In this document: one piece after another, positions 28,377 to 39,482 of the stretch
How the letters are laid out: each line of letters begins with the position of its first letter
How positions within the stretch are numbered: the first letter of the stretch is position 1
From: a phage
Length of the DNA stretch: 64,000 bases
Sequence record: PZ583743.1
Reading direction: 5' to 3' (one strand)
Notes under the pieces: generated by a model
What the model was told of the DNA's origin: nothing
Database searches by the model: none
Seen by the model: the letters and a program-made list of their open reading frames with translations, nothing else
Position numbers and translations under genes: made by a program

Positions 28377-28452
28377 TGGTGCTGATTGACGGAATCGAAC
28401 CGCCGACCTTCTCATTACAAGTGAGTTGCTCTACCTACTGAGCTAAATCAGC
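28377..28452 (-). tRNA. tRNA-Thr (anticodon UGU), CCA encoded
   Basis: Acceptor GCTGATT/AATCAGC, loop CTTGTAA. Confidence 0.85.
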
Positions 28453-28457
28453 AAAAC

Positions 28458-28547
28458 TGGCGGAGGCGATAGGATTTGAACCTATGAGTCGCCGGAGCGA
28501 CTGCCGGTTTTCAAGACCGGTGCATTAAACCACTCTGCCACGCCTCC
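28458..28547 (-). tRNA. tRNA-Ser (anticodon UGA), long variable arm, CCA encoded
   Basis: 90 nt; loop CTTGAAA; T-arm ATAGG-TTCAAAT-CCTAT. Confidence 0.85.
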
Positions 28548-28549
28548 AG

Positions 28550-28623
28550 TCTCCATACAAGGATTTGAACCTTGGACCTCCTGATCCCAAATCAGGCGCT
28601 CTACCAAACTGAGCTACACGGAG
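28550..28623 (-). tRNA. tRNA-Pro (anticodon UGG), CCA not encoded
   Basis: Acceptor CTCCGTG/TATGGAG, loop TTTGGGA; 3' end abuts tRNA-Ser (dimeric precursor arrangement). Confidence 0.8.
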
Positions 28624-28633
28624 TAAATTAAAT

Positions 28634-28707
<74 letters not shown>

Positions 28708-28712
28708 AAATT

Positions 28713-28799
28713 TGGTGCGAGAAGTGGGACTCGAACCCACAAGGAAATCATTCCGCAGCATTTTAAGTGCTGTGCCTTTACCAATTTGACCATTCTCGC
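28713..28799 (-). tRNA. tRNA-Leu (anticodon UAA), long variable arm, CCA encoded
   Basis: 87 nt; acceptor GCGAGAA/TTCTCGC, loop CTTAAAA. Confidence 0.85.
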
Positions 28800-28800
28800 G

Positions 28801-28873
28801 CTGGGAATAAAGGACTCGAACCTTTGCATCCTGGAATCAAAATCCAGTGCCTTACCAACTTGGCTAATTCCCA
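28801..28873 (-). tRNA. tRNA-Gln (anticodon UUG), CCA not encoded
   Basis: Acceptor TGGGAAT/ATTCCCA, loop TTTTGAT; 3' end one nt from tRNA-Leu (dimeric precursor arrangement). Confidence 0.8.
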
Positions 28874-28942
28874 ATTATTAACAAAGGCTCTCAAACAAGA
28901 ACCCTTGATGATAGAGGGTATTAATCAGTGCGATATGAGTTA

Positions 28943-28968
28943 ATAATAACAAATAATTCTTAAAGCAT
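28943..28968 (-). promoter_or_regulatory. Candidate MotA-type middle promoter upstream of the tRNA cluster
   Basis: Minus-strand ATGCTTTA box, 12 nt spacer, then TATTAT. Confidence 0.3.
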
Positions 28969-28970
28969 AT

Positions 28971-29258
28971 TTACCATTTATGATAATACATATTTACGAT
29001 GCATTCAAGACCCAAAGGATTCTTGAAAATATCATATTCAAGAGGACCTTTTTCCGTTTCAATAAAGAAATCAAAATTTACTGTATTAAATTTACGGTCT
29101 TCCTTCACTAATTTAACTTGAGAAGATGAACGATCAATGTAAACCTTTTCAACTTCAAAACATGTTAAAATGCCATAATCATCAATCAAGGCTTTAGCTG
29201 CTTCTTGATCATATTTATATCCATTTTCAATGGATGATACTTTCGCATAAAGAATCAT
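28971..29258 (-). CDS. Hypothetical protein, 95 aa
   Basis: Track ORF. Confidence 0.5.
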   Translation of the reverse strand: MILYAKVSSIENGYKYDQEAAKALIDDYGILTCFEVEKVYIDRSSSQVKLVKEDRKFNTVNFDFFIETEKGPLEYDIFKNPLGLECIVNMYYHKW

Positions 29259-29260
29259 TA

Positions 29261-29665
29261 TTAACCTTTATCAACAATAGTATGTGTATGGGCATTTACG
29301 ATTTGCCACCAGTCAAAACTATCGCCAAATCGTTTTGATTTATTGTCTTCAATAATTTGGCGTAATTCATCTTCTGTTTCAGCATACGCAATCAAATCAT
29401 CATATCCACCGCAAGGATAGTAATTATCGCCTGCGAACAAAAGAAAATTTACTTTAGATGGGTCTACATAATAATGCTCTTTAGGATATTTAGTTCCTTT
29501 CCAATCAGTTACTTCAACATAACGATAAGAAAATCCATTTTTACTTTCAACCCAACTCCACGCTTCAAAAGGAGTATTAAAAACTCTATCAGGTATTAAA
29601 TTACCTTCAAAATGAGAAGGATTTGCATAATCCCCAGCATAAACATAATATTCGTTAATATTCAT
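29261..29665 (-). CDS. Hypothetical protein, 134 aa
   Basis: Track ORF. Confidence 0.5.
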   Translation of the reverse strand: MNINEYYVYAGDYANPSHFEGNLIPDRVFNTPFEAWSWVESKNGFSYRYVEVTDWKGTKYPKEHYYVDPSKVNFLLFAGDNYYPCGGYDDLIAYAETEDELRQIIEDNKSKRFGDSFDWWQIVNAHTHTIVDKG

Positions 29666-29851
29666 TTATTCACCTTTAGAAATTTTATCCATAACAATAG
29701 CGATTAAACCAATTAAAAATGCTACTACAAGTGAAAAAACATTTTCTGCTGTAGTCAATAATCCACATATAAATCCAACAAACATTGAAAAACTAAAAGC
29801 AGAAGCAGAAATTGCAATAGCAACATTTCGAATTAATTCACAACGTTTCAT
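29666..29851 (-). CDS. Small membrane protein, 61 aa
   Basis: Two hydrophobic helices; early promoter upstream. Confidence 0.45.
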   Translation of the reverse strand: MKRCELIRNVAIAISASAFSFSMFVGFICGLLTTAENVFSLVVAFLIGLIAIVMDKISKGE

Positions 29852-29879
29852 TTTATTCTCCTCAGTAGTTGATAGGGTA

Positions 29880-29909
29880 ATAGTATCACAACTAAAACCC
29901 TATGTAAAC
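29880..29909 (-). promoter_or_regulatory. Early-type promoter (GTTTAC, 18 nt, TACTAT)
   Basis: -35 at 29904-29909, -10 at 29880-29885. Confidence 0.5.
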
Positions 29910-29927
29910 AACTTTGTGAAATATTTA

Positions 29928-30215
29928 TTACAAAAGATTTTTAGCAATAATCTTGAGATGTGCCGCAGAAATGTGTTTAGCTTTAAACAACGCAGTTTCT
30001 TCAGCAGGAGAGATAATGATTGTAGCACCATCCTTTTTAGCAGACCACCCATCACCTAGGTAAACAGTACCTTTGATTTCTTCGCCATCAACCAAACTAA
30101 TCATTGGTTTACCTTCTCGTCCTTTATTTGCTTTAATAACTTCAGAAGTAAGAGTAGCTTCAGTAATAGTAGAAACCGGGGTAGTTGTAGAAGTAAATTC
30201 TTTGAAAGTTTTCAT
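29928..30215 (-). CDS. ipI: Internal protein I
   Basis: 95 aa; C-terminal ...KHISAAHLKIIAKNLL and core MIKANKGREGKPMISLVDGEEIKG match T4 IPI as remembered; leader region diverged. Confidence 0.85.
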   Translation of the reverse strand: MKTFKEFTSTTTPVSTITEATLTSEVIKANKGREGKPMISLVDGEEIKGTVYLGDGWSAKKDGATIIISPAEETALFKAKHISAAHLKIIAKNLL

Positions 30216-30245
30216 TTTATTTTCCTAATTAATTTTGATGAGATA

Positions 30246-30275
30246 ATAGTATCACTACCTCATCAACGTGTAAAC
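30246..30275 (-). promoter_or_regulatory. Early-type promoter (GTTTAC, 18 nt, TACTAT) for ipI
   Basis: -35 at 30270-30275, -10 at 30246-30251. Confidence 0.5.
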
Positions 30276-30287
30276 AACTTTGTGAAA

Positions 30288-30984
<697 letters not shown>

Positions 30985-30985
<1 letters not shown>

Positions 30986-31698
30986 TATAGTACCTTTAGT
31001 GTATTTTTAATTTTAGAAAAAAGTTCTTCAAGAGAACCATCATTTGTAATTACTAAATCACCATCACGAATTGGCAATCCAGCTTCTGTAATATGAGTAT
31101 CATTGGATTTTTGACCAGGACGAACTACATGAATTACTGTAGCACCCATCGCCCTAGCCGCATCCATTTCATGATCTTGACGAGTATCAGGAACGATATA
31201 ATAATCATAACCTGAATTAAATTTATCAAGATAATCTAAAGCAAATAATTTTACCCAATACATGCGGTCGAAGTTATTAACAATCAAATCCGTACCTAGG
31301 GCTTGCATCAGACGACGGACTGACCATTGATCTTCAATATTATTTATAACGTCAGCAATCTTGTTAAATGCTACGAAATTAACTGCGTCATCAAAAACAA
31401 ACACACCTTTAATTGGGCTTTTACTATTAAGATAGCAAAATGCTTGTTCCATAATCGTAATTACTTCTAATTTAGTCAGATTTAAATTAGTCTCACGATC
31501 ATAGTCAATTCCTTCAAACTCTTTACGAGTTAAGCAAGGATAGTCAGTGTTTGCTGCAAATACACCCCATGCATAAGCCAATGCATCCTTAATAGGACCA
31601 GCAAGTTGATATTTAACTGCAGAATAATTATTCATAATAAAATCTGCAGTAGTATCTTTTCCACTACGCTTTACACCACTTAAAAAGATTAGTTTCAT
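30985..31698 (-). CDS. 1: Deoxynucleoside monophosphate kinase
   Basis: 237 aa; P-loop GVKRSGKDT at N-terminus. Confidence 0.9.
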
Positions 31699-31747
31699 AT
31701 GTTTCTCCTCAAATTTAGTTAAGATTATAACACATGAAACTGAAGCA

Positions 31748-32278
31748 TTAAACTTCTGCTATAATTTTGCCATCTTTTTCTACTTGAAAATACGTATAAG
31801 GAATCGTTGCTGTACATACTAAAGCTGGGTCTGAATCTTCCGTGTAGCTAAATTCTACTTCAGACAGGTCAGAAACCCAAGGCTTATAAAAATTTATTGA
31901 CATCACGATTTCAGTTTTACTGTTATCTAAAATGTAAAGCGTAATGTATTCAGGACCTGTTTTTTGGGCAGTATTTTCGCCTGTAAGATAGTTACTAGTT
32001 CCTAGCATCCATTCATACATTCCTATCCACGACTTAAGCTCTTCATCAACTATAAATCTCACAATGAGTGGGTCGTACTCAAATGTAACTCCTGGACGCT
32101 GTGCTCGGCCTAGTCCAAACGGCCCAGTCACGGTATCAGTAACAGGTATCCTAATTCCCGGAATAGGAACTGACTGAGCATTTAAAGTAAAAGCAGATGT
32201 AGTATTACTATGTGGTATTGATACTACAAAGTTAGTTGTATTTGCTTGGTTAAAAATTTGTTGTAGTGCTTGCGACAT
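31748..32278 (-). CDS. 3: Tail completion / sheath stabiliser protein gp3
   Basis: Start at ATG 32276-32278 (MSQALQQIF) after GAGGA gives 176 aa, the T4 gp3 length; synteny with genes 1 and 2. Confidence 0.7.
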   Translation of the reverse strand: MSQALQQIFNQANTTNFVVSIPHSNTTSAFTLNAQSVPIPGIRIPVTDTVTGPFGLGRAQRPGVTFEYDPLIVRFIVDEELKSWIGMYEWMLGTSNYLTGENTAQKTGPEYITLYILDNSKTEIVMSINFYKPWVSDLSEVEFSYTEDSDPALVCTATIPYTYFQVEKDGKIIAEV

Positions 32279-32384
32279 ATATTCCTCATAATGCTTTATA
32301 AATGTTGGTGGTATAATGGGTCTAAGTCCCTTCCATTCAATTCCAATTAGAACAAACAATAGAAAAGAATGGAAGATAATAGAA

Positions 32385-33044
32385 TTAATTTATTAGACTT
32401 CTTAAACGAGCAGAAGTCATAAATGGAAATTTTTCTAAAGTTGGCTTTCGCCAATATCTTGGATGACAAGTTGATTTAAAATCAAGAACAATTTTCTTTG
32501 CTTCATCAATAGTGCTAACTCCAAAGTTATCTAACATTATTTTCTTTTCTTTTTCCCACCGTTTATTAGCTAAAGCAGATTGAAGCTTTTTGTTTTTAAA
32601 TGTATCATTTTTTCTAGAATGAGTTGTGCCTTGTGTCGGACTCCATCCTCTTCCTAAAATAAATCCCTCAGGAATTATATCTCCATCATGCAATTTTATA
32701 CATCTTTTACCATTATTATAATATTTTCGTCCAGTTTGTGTATTTGAAATATTATTTGCATGTTTTCTTTTTAACCAACCATAAACTTTATTATTTCTCC
32801 TAACATATTTAGTTGAAACCGTCATTTTTATGGCCGCATAAGATAATTTTAAAGAATTTGGGTGTATTTTTACTAATAGTTGATGTGCAACATAATGCTC
32901 TTCTGGAGTTAAATCAACCAAGTTAGAAGCATCATTACTACCGCCTAAACATTTCGGAATAATATGATGTCTTTCTTTATATCCAGTAAGGGCTCTATTG
33001 CGAGCCCTATCAATTAGTGAATTATAAATTTTTTCATAATTCAT
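32385..33044 (-). mobile_element. Freestanding HNH homing-endonuclease-like gene inserted between genes 2 and 3
   Basis: Start at ATG 33042-33044 (MNYEKIYN), overlapping the gene 2 TGA; HNH motif ERHHIIPKCLGGSNDASNLVDLTPEEHYVAH; basic C-terminal region. Confidence 0.8.
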
Positions 33045-33868
33045 CGTACATTGCTCCAAACTTTGTTTGCAGAGAAACGTTTTCCTTTGGAGTAGAAGCT
33101 TTGGAGTGGCATTAACACAACGTTCGCCCAGTCTTTCGGGGCGATTTCAACAAGGCTACCCATAATATTACCGGGTATATATGCCTTAATCATTTGGTCT
33201 GCACCCCTAAATCCTTTCACTTGACTCCAATCAATTTTTAATTTCGTTTTATTAGTAATAGTAGGTGTATTTGAATATTGCTTTAAAAGCTCTTCTAGAA
33301 ATTGCTGACGAGCTTTAGGTGGAATATAGTGCAAGTTCAATCCGTACATTAAATTATGTTTACCTAAACCAAGGTAAATTATCAAAGGAAATTTATCCCA
33401 ATAAGGAAGAGTTTCTTTGTGTTTAGCGTCGTAAGCAAAAGCATATATTCGTCCCGGCTGCGGGCGAACAACTTTATGTCCTTTTACCTGTTTAATAGTT
33501 TCAGCAAACCACTTTCTGGTTTTATTATTAATTGCTGCGCCTTCATTACGAATTTTATCACGCAATGTTTGTCTGAATGAATTTATCATAAGCAGTTGTC
33601 TTTCTTGCTTATTGAGTTTATTCATTGGTTTTGATTCAAGCTTTTGAATCTTTTCAGCTGTTTTAATTCCTGAAGCATATTTTGACATTGCCGAAGTAAA
33701 CGTAGAATATTTAATTCCTTTTTCTTCAGCAAATTGCTTTCCTGTCATTCCTTTTGCTTTGGCCTTTTTGTATTCAAGACCTATCTGAATCCATTTCTTT
33801 TCGTTTAATGATTGCTTAACCTTTGGAACTTGGGGAGTGCTTTCATTAATTATTTGAAAAATAGCCAT
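33041..33868 (-). CDS. 2: DNA-end protector protein gp2
   Basis: 275 aa; position between genes 4 and 3; TAATG overlap with gene 4. Confidence 0.8.
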   Translation of the reverse strand: MAIFQIINESTPQVPKVKQSLNEKKWIQIGLEYKKAKAKGMTGKQFAEEKGIKYSTFTSAMSKYASGIKTAEKIQKLESKPMNKLNKQERQLLMINSFRQTLRDKIRNEGAAINNKTRKWFAETIKQVKGHKVVRPQPGRIYAFAYDAKHKETLPYWDKFPLIIYLGLGKHNLMYGLNLHYIPPKARQQFLEELLKQYSNTPTITNKTKLKIDWSQVKGFRGADQMIKAYIPGNIMGSLVEIAPKDWANVVLMPLQSFYSKGKRFSANKVWSNVR

Positions 33869-34320
33869 TATGCCCCCTTAAAGCCAAGAGCTCGTAATCC
33901 ATCTTCTGTTAAAATTCTAAATTTTATTCCACGCTTTTCAGCTAAAGCTTGAGCTGCTTTCCATTTGTCAGTATTAACTGAATATGTATAAATTTCATTC
34001 ATAAATCTTTTCTTCGCTGCAGTTGTTAGATGTGCTGGTTTAATTGGTGGTTGTGTTTCTTTTTTAGGCTTTATTTCAATAAAAAATTCTTGTCCAGAAG
34101 AATCTTTCATCCAAATATCCATGAAGTATCTACGTTTTTTCCCTTCTGCATTACAAAAATAAGGAATTACTGCTGTTTCACTACCCCATGCAATAATTTC
34201 TGGATTTTTATCTAACCATTCAAAAAAGAATTTTTCCCAATTTGATCTATACGTAATTTTTTTAGGGTCACCTCTATATTTTGATATATTTTTAGGAACC
34301 CATTTTCCAGAATATGCCAT
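33868..34320 (-). CDS. 4: Head completion protein gp4
   Basis: 150 aa, the T4 gp4 length; divergent from gene 53. Confidence 0.8.
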   Translation of the reverse strand: MAYSGKWVPKNISKYRGDPKKITYRSNWEKFFFEWLDKNPEIIAWGSETAVIPYFCNAEGKKRRYFMDIWMKDSSGQEFFIEIKPKKETQPPIKPAHLTTAAKKRFMNEIYTYSVNTDKWKAAQALAEKRGIKFRILTEDGLRALGFKGA

Positions 34321-34331
34321 TGGATTCTCCT

Positions 34332-34354
34332 TATAAATAGATAATATATTTATA
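34332..34354. promoter_or_regulatory. Divergent late-promoter cores (TATAAATA on both strands) between genes 4 and 53
   Basis: Plus-strand TATAAATA at 34332-34339 (gene 53); minus-strand TATAAATA at 34347-34354 (gene 4). Confidence 0.6.
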
Positions 34355-34367
34355 AACAGGAGGGCCC

Positions 34368-34958
34368 ATGCTCTTTACATTTTTTGATCCGATTGAATAT
34401 GCGGCCAAAACGGTGAATAAAAACGCGCCGACTATTCCTATGACAGATATTTTTAGAAACTATAAAGACTATTTTAAACGCGCTCTTGCGGGATACCGCT
34501 TACGTACTTATTATATTAAAGGTTCACCACGCCCGGAAGAATTAGCAAATGCTATATATGGAAATCCACAGTTGTATTGGGTTTTATTGATGTGTAATGA
34601 TAATTACGATCCGTATTATGGATGGATTACTTCGCAGGAAGCTGCTTATCAAGCATCTATACAAAAATACAAAAATGTAGGTGGAGACCAAATAGTATAT
34701 CATGTTAATGAGAACGGTGAAAAATTTTATAATTTAATATCATACGATGATAATCCATATGTTTGGTATGACAAAGGCGATAAAGCTAGAAAATATCCTC
34801 AATATGAAGGAGCACTTGCTGCTGTTGATACGTATGAAGCTGCTGTTCTTGAAAATGAAAAACTTCGTCAAATAAAAATAATAGCAAAATCAGACATTAA
34901 TTCATTTATGAACGACCTTATACGTATAATGGAGAAATCTTATGGAAATGATAAGTAA
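34368..34958 (+). CDS. 53: Baseplate wedge protein gp53
   Basis: 196 aa; synteny immediately before gene 5. Confidence 0.85.
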   Translation: MLFTFFDPIEYAAKTVNKNAPTIPMTDIFRNYKDYFKRALAGYRLRTYYIKGSPRPEELANAIYGNPQLYWVLLMCNDNYDPYYGWITSQEAAYQASIQKYKNVGGDQIVYHVNENGEKFYNLISYDDNPYVWYDKGDKARKYPQYEGALAAVDTYEAAVLENEKLRQIKIIAKSDINSFMNDLIRIMEKSYGNDK

Positions 34959-36669
34959 TAACCTCAACTGGTTTGTTGGTGTTGTTGAAGATAGAATGGA
35001 CCCATTAAAATTAGGTCGTGTTCGTGTTCGTGTGGTTGGTCTGCATCCACCCCAAAGAGCACAAGGCGATGTAATGGGTATTCCAACCGATAAATTGCCA
35101 TGGATGTCAGTTATTCAACCTATAACTTCTGCAGCAATGTCTGGAATTGGAGGTTCTGTTACAGGGCCAGTAGAAGGAACTAGAGTTTATGGTCATTTTT
35201 TAGACAAATGGAAAACTAACGGAATTGTCCTTGGCACGTATGGTGGGATAGTTCGCGAAAAACCTAATAGACTTGAAGGATTTTCTGACCCAACTGGACA
35301 GTATCCTAGACGTCTAGGAAATGATACTAACGTATTAAACCAAGGCGGAGAAGTAGGATATGATTCGTCTTCTAATATTATCCAAGATAGCAATCTAGAC
35401 ACTGCGATAAATCCTGATGATAGACCGCTATCAGAGATTCCAACTGATGATAATCCAAATATGTCAATGGCTGAAATGCTTCGCCGTGATGAAGGATTAA
35501 GACTAAAAGTTTATTGGGATACCGAAGGATATCCGACAATTGGTATTGGTCATCTTATCATGAAGCAGCCAGTTCGTGATATGACCCAAATTAATAAAGT
35601 TTTATCAAAACAAGTTGGTCGTGAAATTACCGGAAATCCAGGTTCTATTACAATGGAAGAAGCGGTAACTTTATTTGAACGCGATTTGGCTGATATGCAA
35701 CGTGACATTAAATCACATTCTAAAGTTGGCCCAGTTTGGAAAGCAGTTAATCGTTCTCGTCAAATGGCGTTAGAAAATATGGCATTCCAAATGGGTGTTG
35801 GCGGTGTAGCTAAATTTAACACAATGTTAACTGCTATGTTAGCCGGAGATTGGGAAAAAGCATATAAAGCCGGTCGTGATTCATTGTGGTATCAACAAAC
35901 AAAAGGCCGTGCATCCCGTGTTACCATGATTATTCTTACAGGGAATTTGGAATCATACGGTATTGAAGTTAAAACACCAGCTAGGTCTTTGTCAGCAATG
36001 GCTGCTACCGTAGCAAAGTCTTCTGATCCAGCTGACCCTCCTATTCCGAATGATTCGAGAATTTTATTCAAAGAACCTGTTTCTTCATATAAAGGTGAAT
36101 ATCCGTATGTTCACACAATGGAAACTGAAAGCGGTCATATTCAGGAATTTGATGATACCCCTGGGCAAGAGCGATACAGATTAGTTCATCCGACTGGAAC
36201 GTATGAGGAAGTATCACCATCAGGAAGAAGAACGAGAAAAACTGTTGATAATTTGTATGATATAACAAATGCTGACGGTAATTTTTTGGTAGCCGGCGAT
36301 AAAAAGACTAACGTCGGTGGATCAGAAATTTACTACAACATGGATAATCGTCTTCACCAAATAGATGGAAGCAACACAATATTTGTCCGTGGCGATGAAA
36401 CTAAGACAGTTGAAGGTAATGGAACTATCCTAGTTAAAGGTAATGTTACTATTGTAGTTGAAGGTAATGCTGATATTACAGTTAAAGGGGATGCTACCAC
36501 TTTAGTTGAAGGAAATCAAACTAATACAGTAAATGGAAATCTTTCTTGGAAAGTTGCTGGGACAGTTGATTGGGACGTTGGTGGTGATTGGACAGAAAAA
36601 ATGGCATCTATGAGTTCTATTTCATCTGGTCAATACACAATTGATGGATCGAGGATTGACATTGGCTAA
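34942..36669 (+). CDS. 5: Baseplate hub / tail lysozyme gp5
   Basis: 575 aa; internal lysozyme domain (MAEMLRRDEGLRLKVYWDTEGYPTIGIGHLI) paralogous to gene e; C-terminal VxGxxxxx beta-helix repeats. Confidence 0.95.
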   Translation: MEMISNNLNWFVGVVEDRMDPLKLGRVRVRVVGLHPPQRAQGDVMGIPTDKLPWMSVIQPITSAAMSGIGGSVTGPVEGTRVYGHFLDKWKTNGIVLGTYGGIVREKPNRLEGFSDPTGQYPRRLGNDTNVLNQGGEVGYDSSSNIIQDSNLDTAINPDDRPLSEIPTDDNPNMSMAEMLRRDEGLRLKVYWDTEGYPTIGIGHLIMKQPVRDMTQINKVLSKQVGREITGNPGSITMEEAVTLFERDLADMQRDIKSHSKVGPVWKAVNRSRQMALENMAFQMGVGGVAKFNTMLTAMLAGDWEKAYKAGRDSLWYQQTKGRASRVTMIILTGNLESYGIEVKTPARSLSAMAATVAKSSDPADPPIPNDSRILFKEPVSSYKGEYPYVHTMETESGHIQEFDDTPGQERYRLVHPTGTYEEVSPSGRRTRKTVDNLYDITNADGNFLVAGDKKTNVGGSEIYYNMDNRLHQIDGSNTIFVRGDETKTVEGNGTILVKGNVTIVVEGNADITVKGDATTLVEGNQTNTVNGNLSWKVAGTVDWDVGGDWTEKMASMSSISSGQYTIDGSRIDIG

Positions 36670-36703
36670 TATACTTCCAATGAGCGCTGATTTAGGAGAA
36701 TCC

Positions 36704-37198
36704 ATGGAAGGTTCTTCTATCGACGTCACCTTTACCGCTCAATTAGAAACAGGTGAAACGTTAGTATCTATAAATATAACTAGTTACGAAGAAACTCCTG
36801 GGGTTTTAGTAGAAGAAAATCGTTTATATGGAACGTATGAATCTGTGTTTGGATTTGGAAATGACGCACTAAAATATCGTTTAGATAATGAATTTAAAAC
36901 TGCTGCTTCATGGGAAGACCTTCCAACTGATTCTAATACTCAGTTATATTTATGGAAAGCTCCTCAAAACCTCCAGAAGACATTCACTTACGAAGTAACA
37001 TTAATATATGACTACCAAGAACAAAGTGAATCTGGAGGTTCTGGTAGTAATTCTAGGTCATCTTCTGATACTACTGAACCAACGGATCCTCCTGCTCCAA
37101 CAAGAAAAACTCTTGTTAAAAATTACACAAAAACTATAGTTGGAAATTGGAGTCGTTGGGCTAATAAATTAAGAAGCTACGTATATGAGAGGCAATAA
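36704..37198 (+). CDS. Hypothetical protein gp5.1-like (~164 aa)
   Basis: Start chosen at ATG 36704 after AGGAGAA; track ORF begins with TTG inside gene 5. Confidence 0.5.
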
Positions 37199-37491
37199 TG
37201 TCAGGATTAAGTTATGATAAGTGTGTTACTGCTGGCCATGAAGCATGGCCTCCAACGGTTGTGAATGCTACACAAAGTAAAGTATTCACTGGAGGAATTG
37301 CTGTTCTCGTAGCAGGTGATCCAATTACAGAACATACAGAAATTAAAAAGCCATATGAAACACATGGCGGAGTGACACAACCTAGAACTTCTAAGGTATA
37401 TGTCACTGGAAAGAAAGCTGTTCAAATGGCTGATCCAATATCATGCGGTGATACTGTGGCTCAGGCATCATCTAAAGTATTCATTAAATAG
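37198..37491 (+). CDS. 5.4: PAAR-repeat baseplate spike tip protein gp5.4
   Basis: 97 aa, the T4 gp5.4 length; position after gene 5. Confidence 0.85.
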
Positions 37492-37499
37492 GATTCAAA

Positions 37500-39482
37500 A
37501 TGGCAAATACCCCTGTAAATTATCAATTAACAAGAACAGCAAATGCTATTCCCGAGATATTCGTCGGGGGTACATTTGCTGAAATAAAACAAAACCTCAT
37601 TGAATGGCTTAATGGTCAAAATGAATTTTTGGATTATGATTTTGAAGGCTCAAGATTAAACGTTCTGTGTGACCTTTTAGCTTATAATACATTATATATT
37701 CAGCAGTTTGGTAATGCTGCCGTATATGAAAGCTTTATGCGTACTGCTAACTTACGTAGTTCAGTAGTTCAAGCGGCACAAGATAATGGATATTTACCTA
37801 CTTCAAAATCAGCTGCTCAAACTGAAATTATGCTAACTTGCACAGACGCATTGAATAGAAATTACATTACTATTCCTCGTGGTACTCGCTTTTTAGCATA
37901 TGCAAAAGATACTTCCGTTAATCCTTATAACTTTGTATCTACTGAAGATGTTATTGCTATTCGCGATAAAAATAACCAATATTTTCCGCGTTTAAAATTA
38001 GCCCAAGGACGTATAGTAAGAACTGAAATCATTTATGATAAATTAACACCTATTATCATTTATGACAAAAATATAGATAGAAACCAAGTTAAACTATATG
38101 TTGATGGAGCAGAATGGATTAACTGGACAAGAAAGTCAATGGTTCATGCTGGTTCTACATCAACAATTTACTACATGCGTGAAACTATTGATGGAAATAC
38201 TGAATTTTATTTTGGTGAAGGTGAGATTTCCGTTAATGCGGCAGAAGGAGCATTGACCGCTAATTATATTGGAGGTCTTAAACCTACCCAGAACTCTACG
38301 ATTGTTATTGAGTACATCAGTACTAACGGTGCAGATGCGAATGGCGCAGTCGGATTTTCATATGCAGATACATTAACAAATATAACTGTCATCAATATTA
38401 ATGAAAATCCAAACGACGACCCAGATTTCGTTGGAGCAGACGGCGGTGGTGACCCAGAAGATATTGAGCGTATTCGCGAATTGGGTACTATTAAACGCGA
38501 AACCCAACAACGCTGCGTAACTGCGACTGATTATGATACATTCGTTTCAGAGAGATTTGGTTCTATTATTCAAGCAGTTCAAACTTTCACTGATTCTACA
38601 AAACCCGGTTATGCATTTATTGCTGCTAAACCTAAATCAGGTCTGTATTTAACTACTGTACAGCGTGAAGATATTAAAAATTATCTCAAAGACTATAATT
38701 TAGCTCCTATTACACCATCAATTATTTCTCCTAATTACCTTTTTATTAAGACTAATTTAAAAGTCACATATGCTTTAAATAAGCTGCAAGAATCCGAACA
38801 GTGGCTCGAAGGTCAAATAATTGATAAAATTGATCGTTATTATACCGAAGATGTAGAAATTTTTAACTCATCTTTCGCTAAATCTAAGATGTTGACATAT
38901 GTAGATGATGCAGATCATTCTATCATTGGCTCATCAGCGACAATTCAAATTGTTCGTGAAGTACAAAACTTCTATAAAACGCCTGAAGCAGGTATTAAAT
39001 ACAATAATCAAATAAAAGACCGTTCTATGGAATCTAATACGTTTTCATTTAATTCTGGACGAAAGGTTGTAAATCCTGATACTGGTTTAGAAGAAGATGT
39101 ATTATATGACGTTCGTATAGTATCAACAGACCGAGATTCTAAAGGAATTGGTAAAGTTATTATTGGTCCATTTGCTTCGGGTGATGTTACAGAAAATAAA
39201 AACATTCGTCCATATACAGGCAACGATTTTAATAAATTAGCAAATTCTAGTGGACGCGACAAATACTATGTTATCGGTGAAATAAATTATCCAGCTGATA
39301 TGATTTATTGGAATATCGCTAAAATTAATTTAACATCCGATAAATTTGAGGTTCAGACTATTGAGCTATATTCTGATCCAATAGACGATGTTATTTTCAC
39401 ACGCGATGGTTCACTGATTGTATTTGAAAATGATTTACGTCCACAATACTTAACTATCGATTTGGAGCCTATATCACAATGA
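37500..39482 (+). CDS. 6: Baseplate wedge protein gp6
   Basis: 660 aa, matching T4 gp6 length and order. Confidence 0.85.
   Translation: MANTPVNYQLTRTANAIPEIFVGGTFAEIKQNLIEWLNGQNEFLDYDFEGSRLNVLCDLLAYNTLYIQQFGNAAVYESFMRTANLRSSVVQAAQDNGYLPTSKSAAQTEIMLTCTDALNRNYITIPRGTRFLAYAKDTSVNPYNFVSTEDVIAIRDKNNQYFPRLKLAQGRIVRTEIIYDKLTPIIIYDKNIDRNQVKLYVDGAEWINWTRKSMVHAGSTSTIYYMRETIDGNTEFYFGEGEISVNAAEGALTANYIGGLKPTQNSTIVIEYISTNGADANGAVGFSYADTLTNITVININENPNDDPDFVGADGGGDPEDIERIRELGTIKRETQQRCVTATDYDTFVSERFGSIIQAVQTFTDSTKPGYAFIAAKPKSGLYLTTVQREDIKNYLKDYNLAPITPSIISPNYLFIKTNLKVTYALNKLQESEQWLEGQIIDKIDRYYTEDVEIFNSSFAKSKMLTYVDDADHSIIGSSATIQIVREVQNFYKTPEAGIKYNNQIKDRSMESNTFSFNSGRKVVNPDTGLEEDVLYDVRIVSTDRDSKGIGKVIIGPFASGDVTENKNIRPYTGNDFNKLANSSGRDKYYVIGEINYPADMIYWNIAKINLTSDKFEVQTIELYSDPIDDVIFTRDGSLIVFENDLRPQYLTIDLEPISQ

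Noticed and set aside
32290-32300. Plus-strand TATAAATG just upstream of gene 3
   Set aside because: Wrong orientation for the minus-strand genes and not an exact late-promoter core; the minus-strand reading (TATAAAGC) also deviates.
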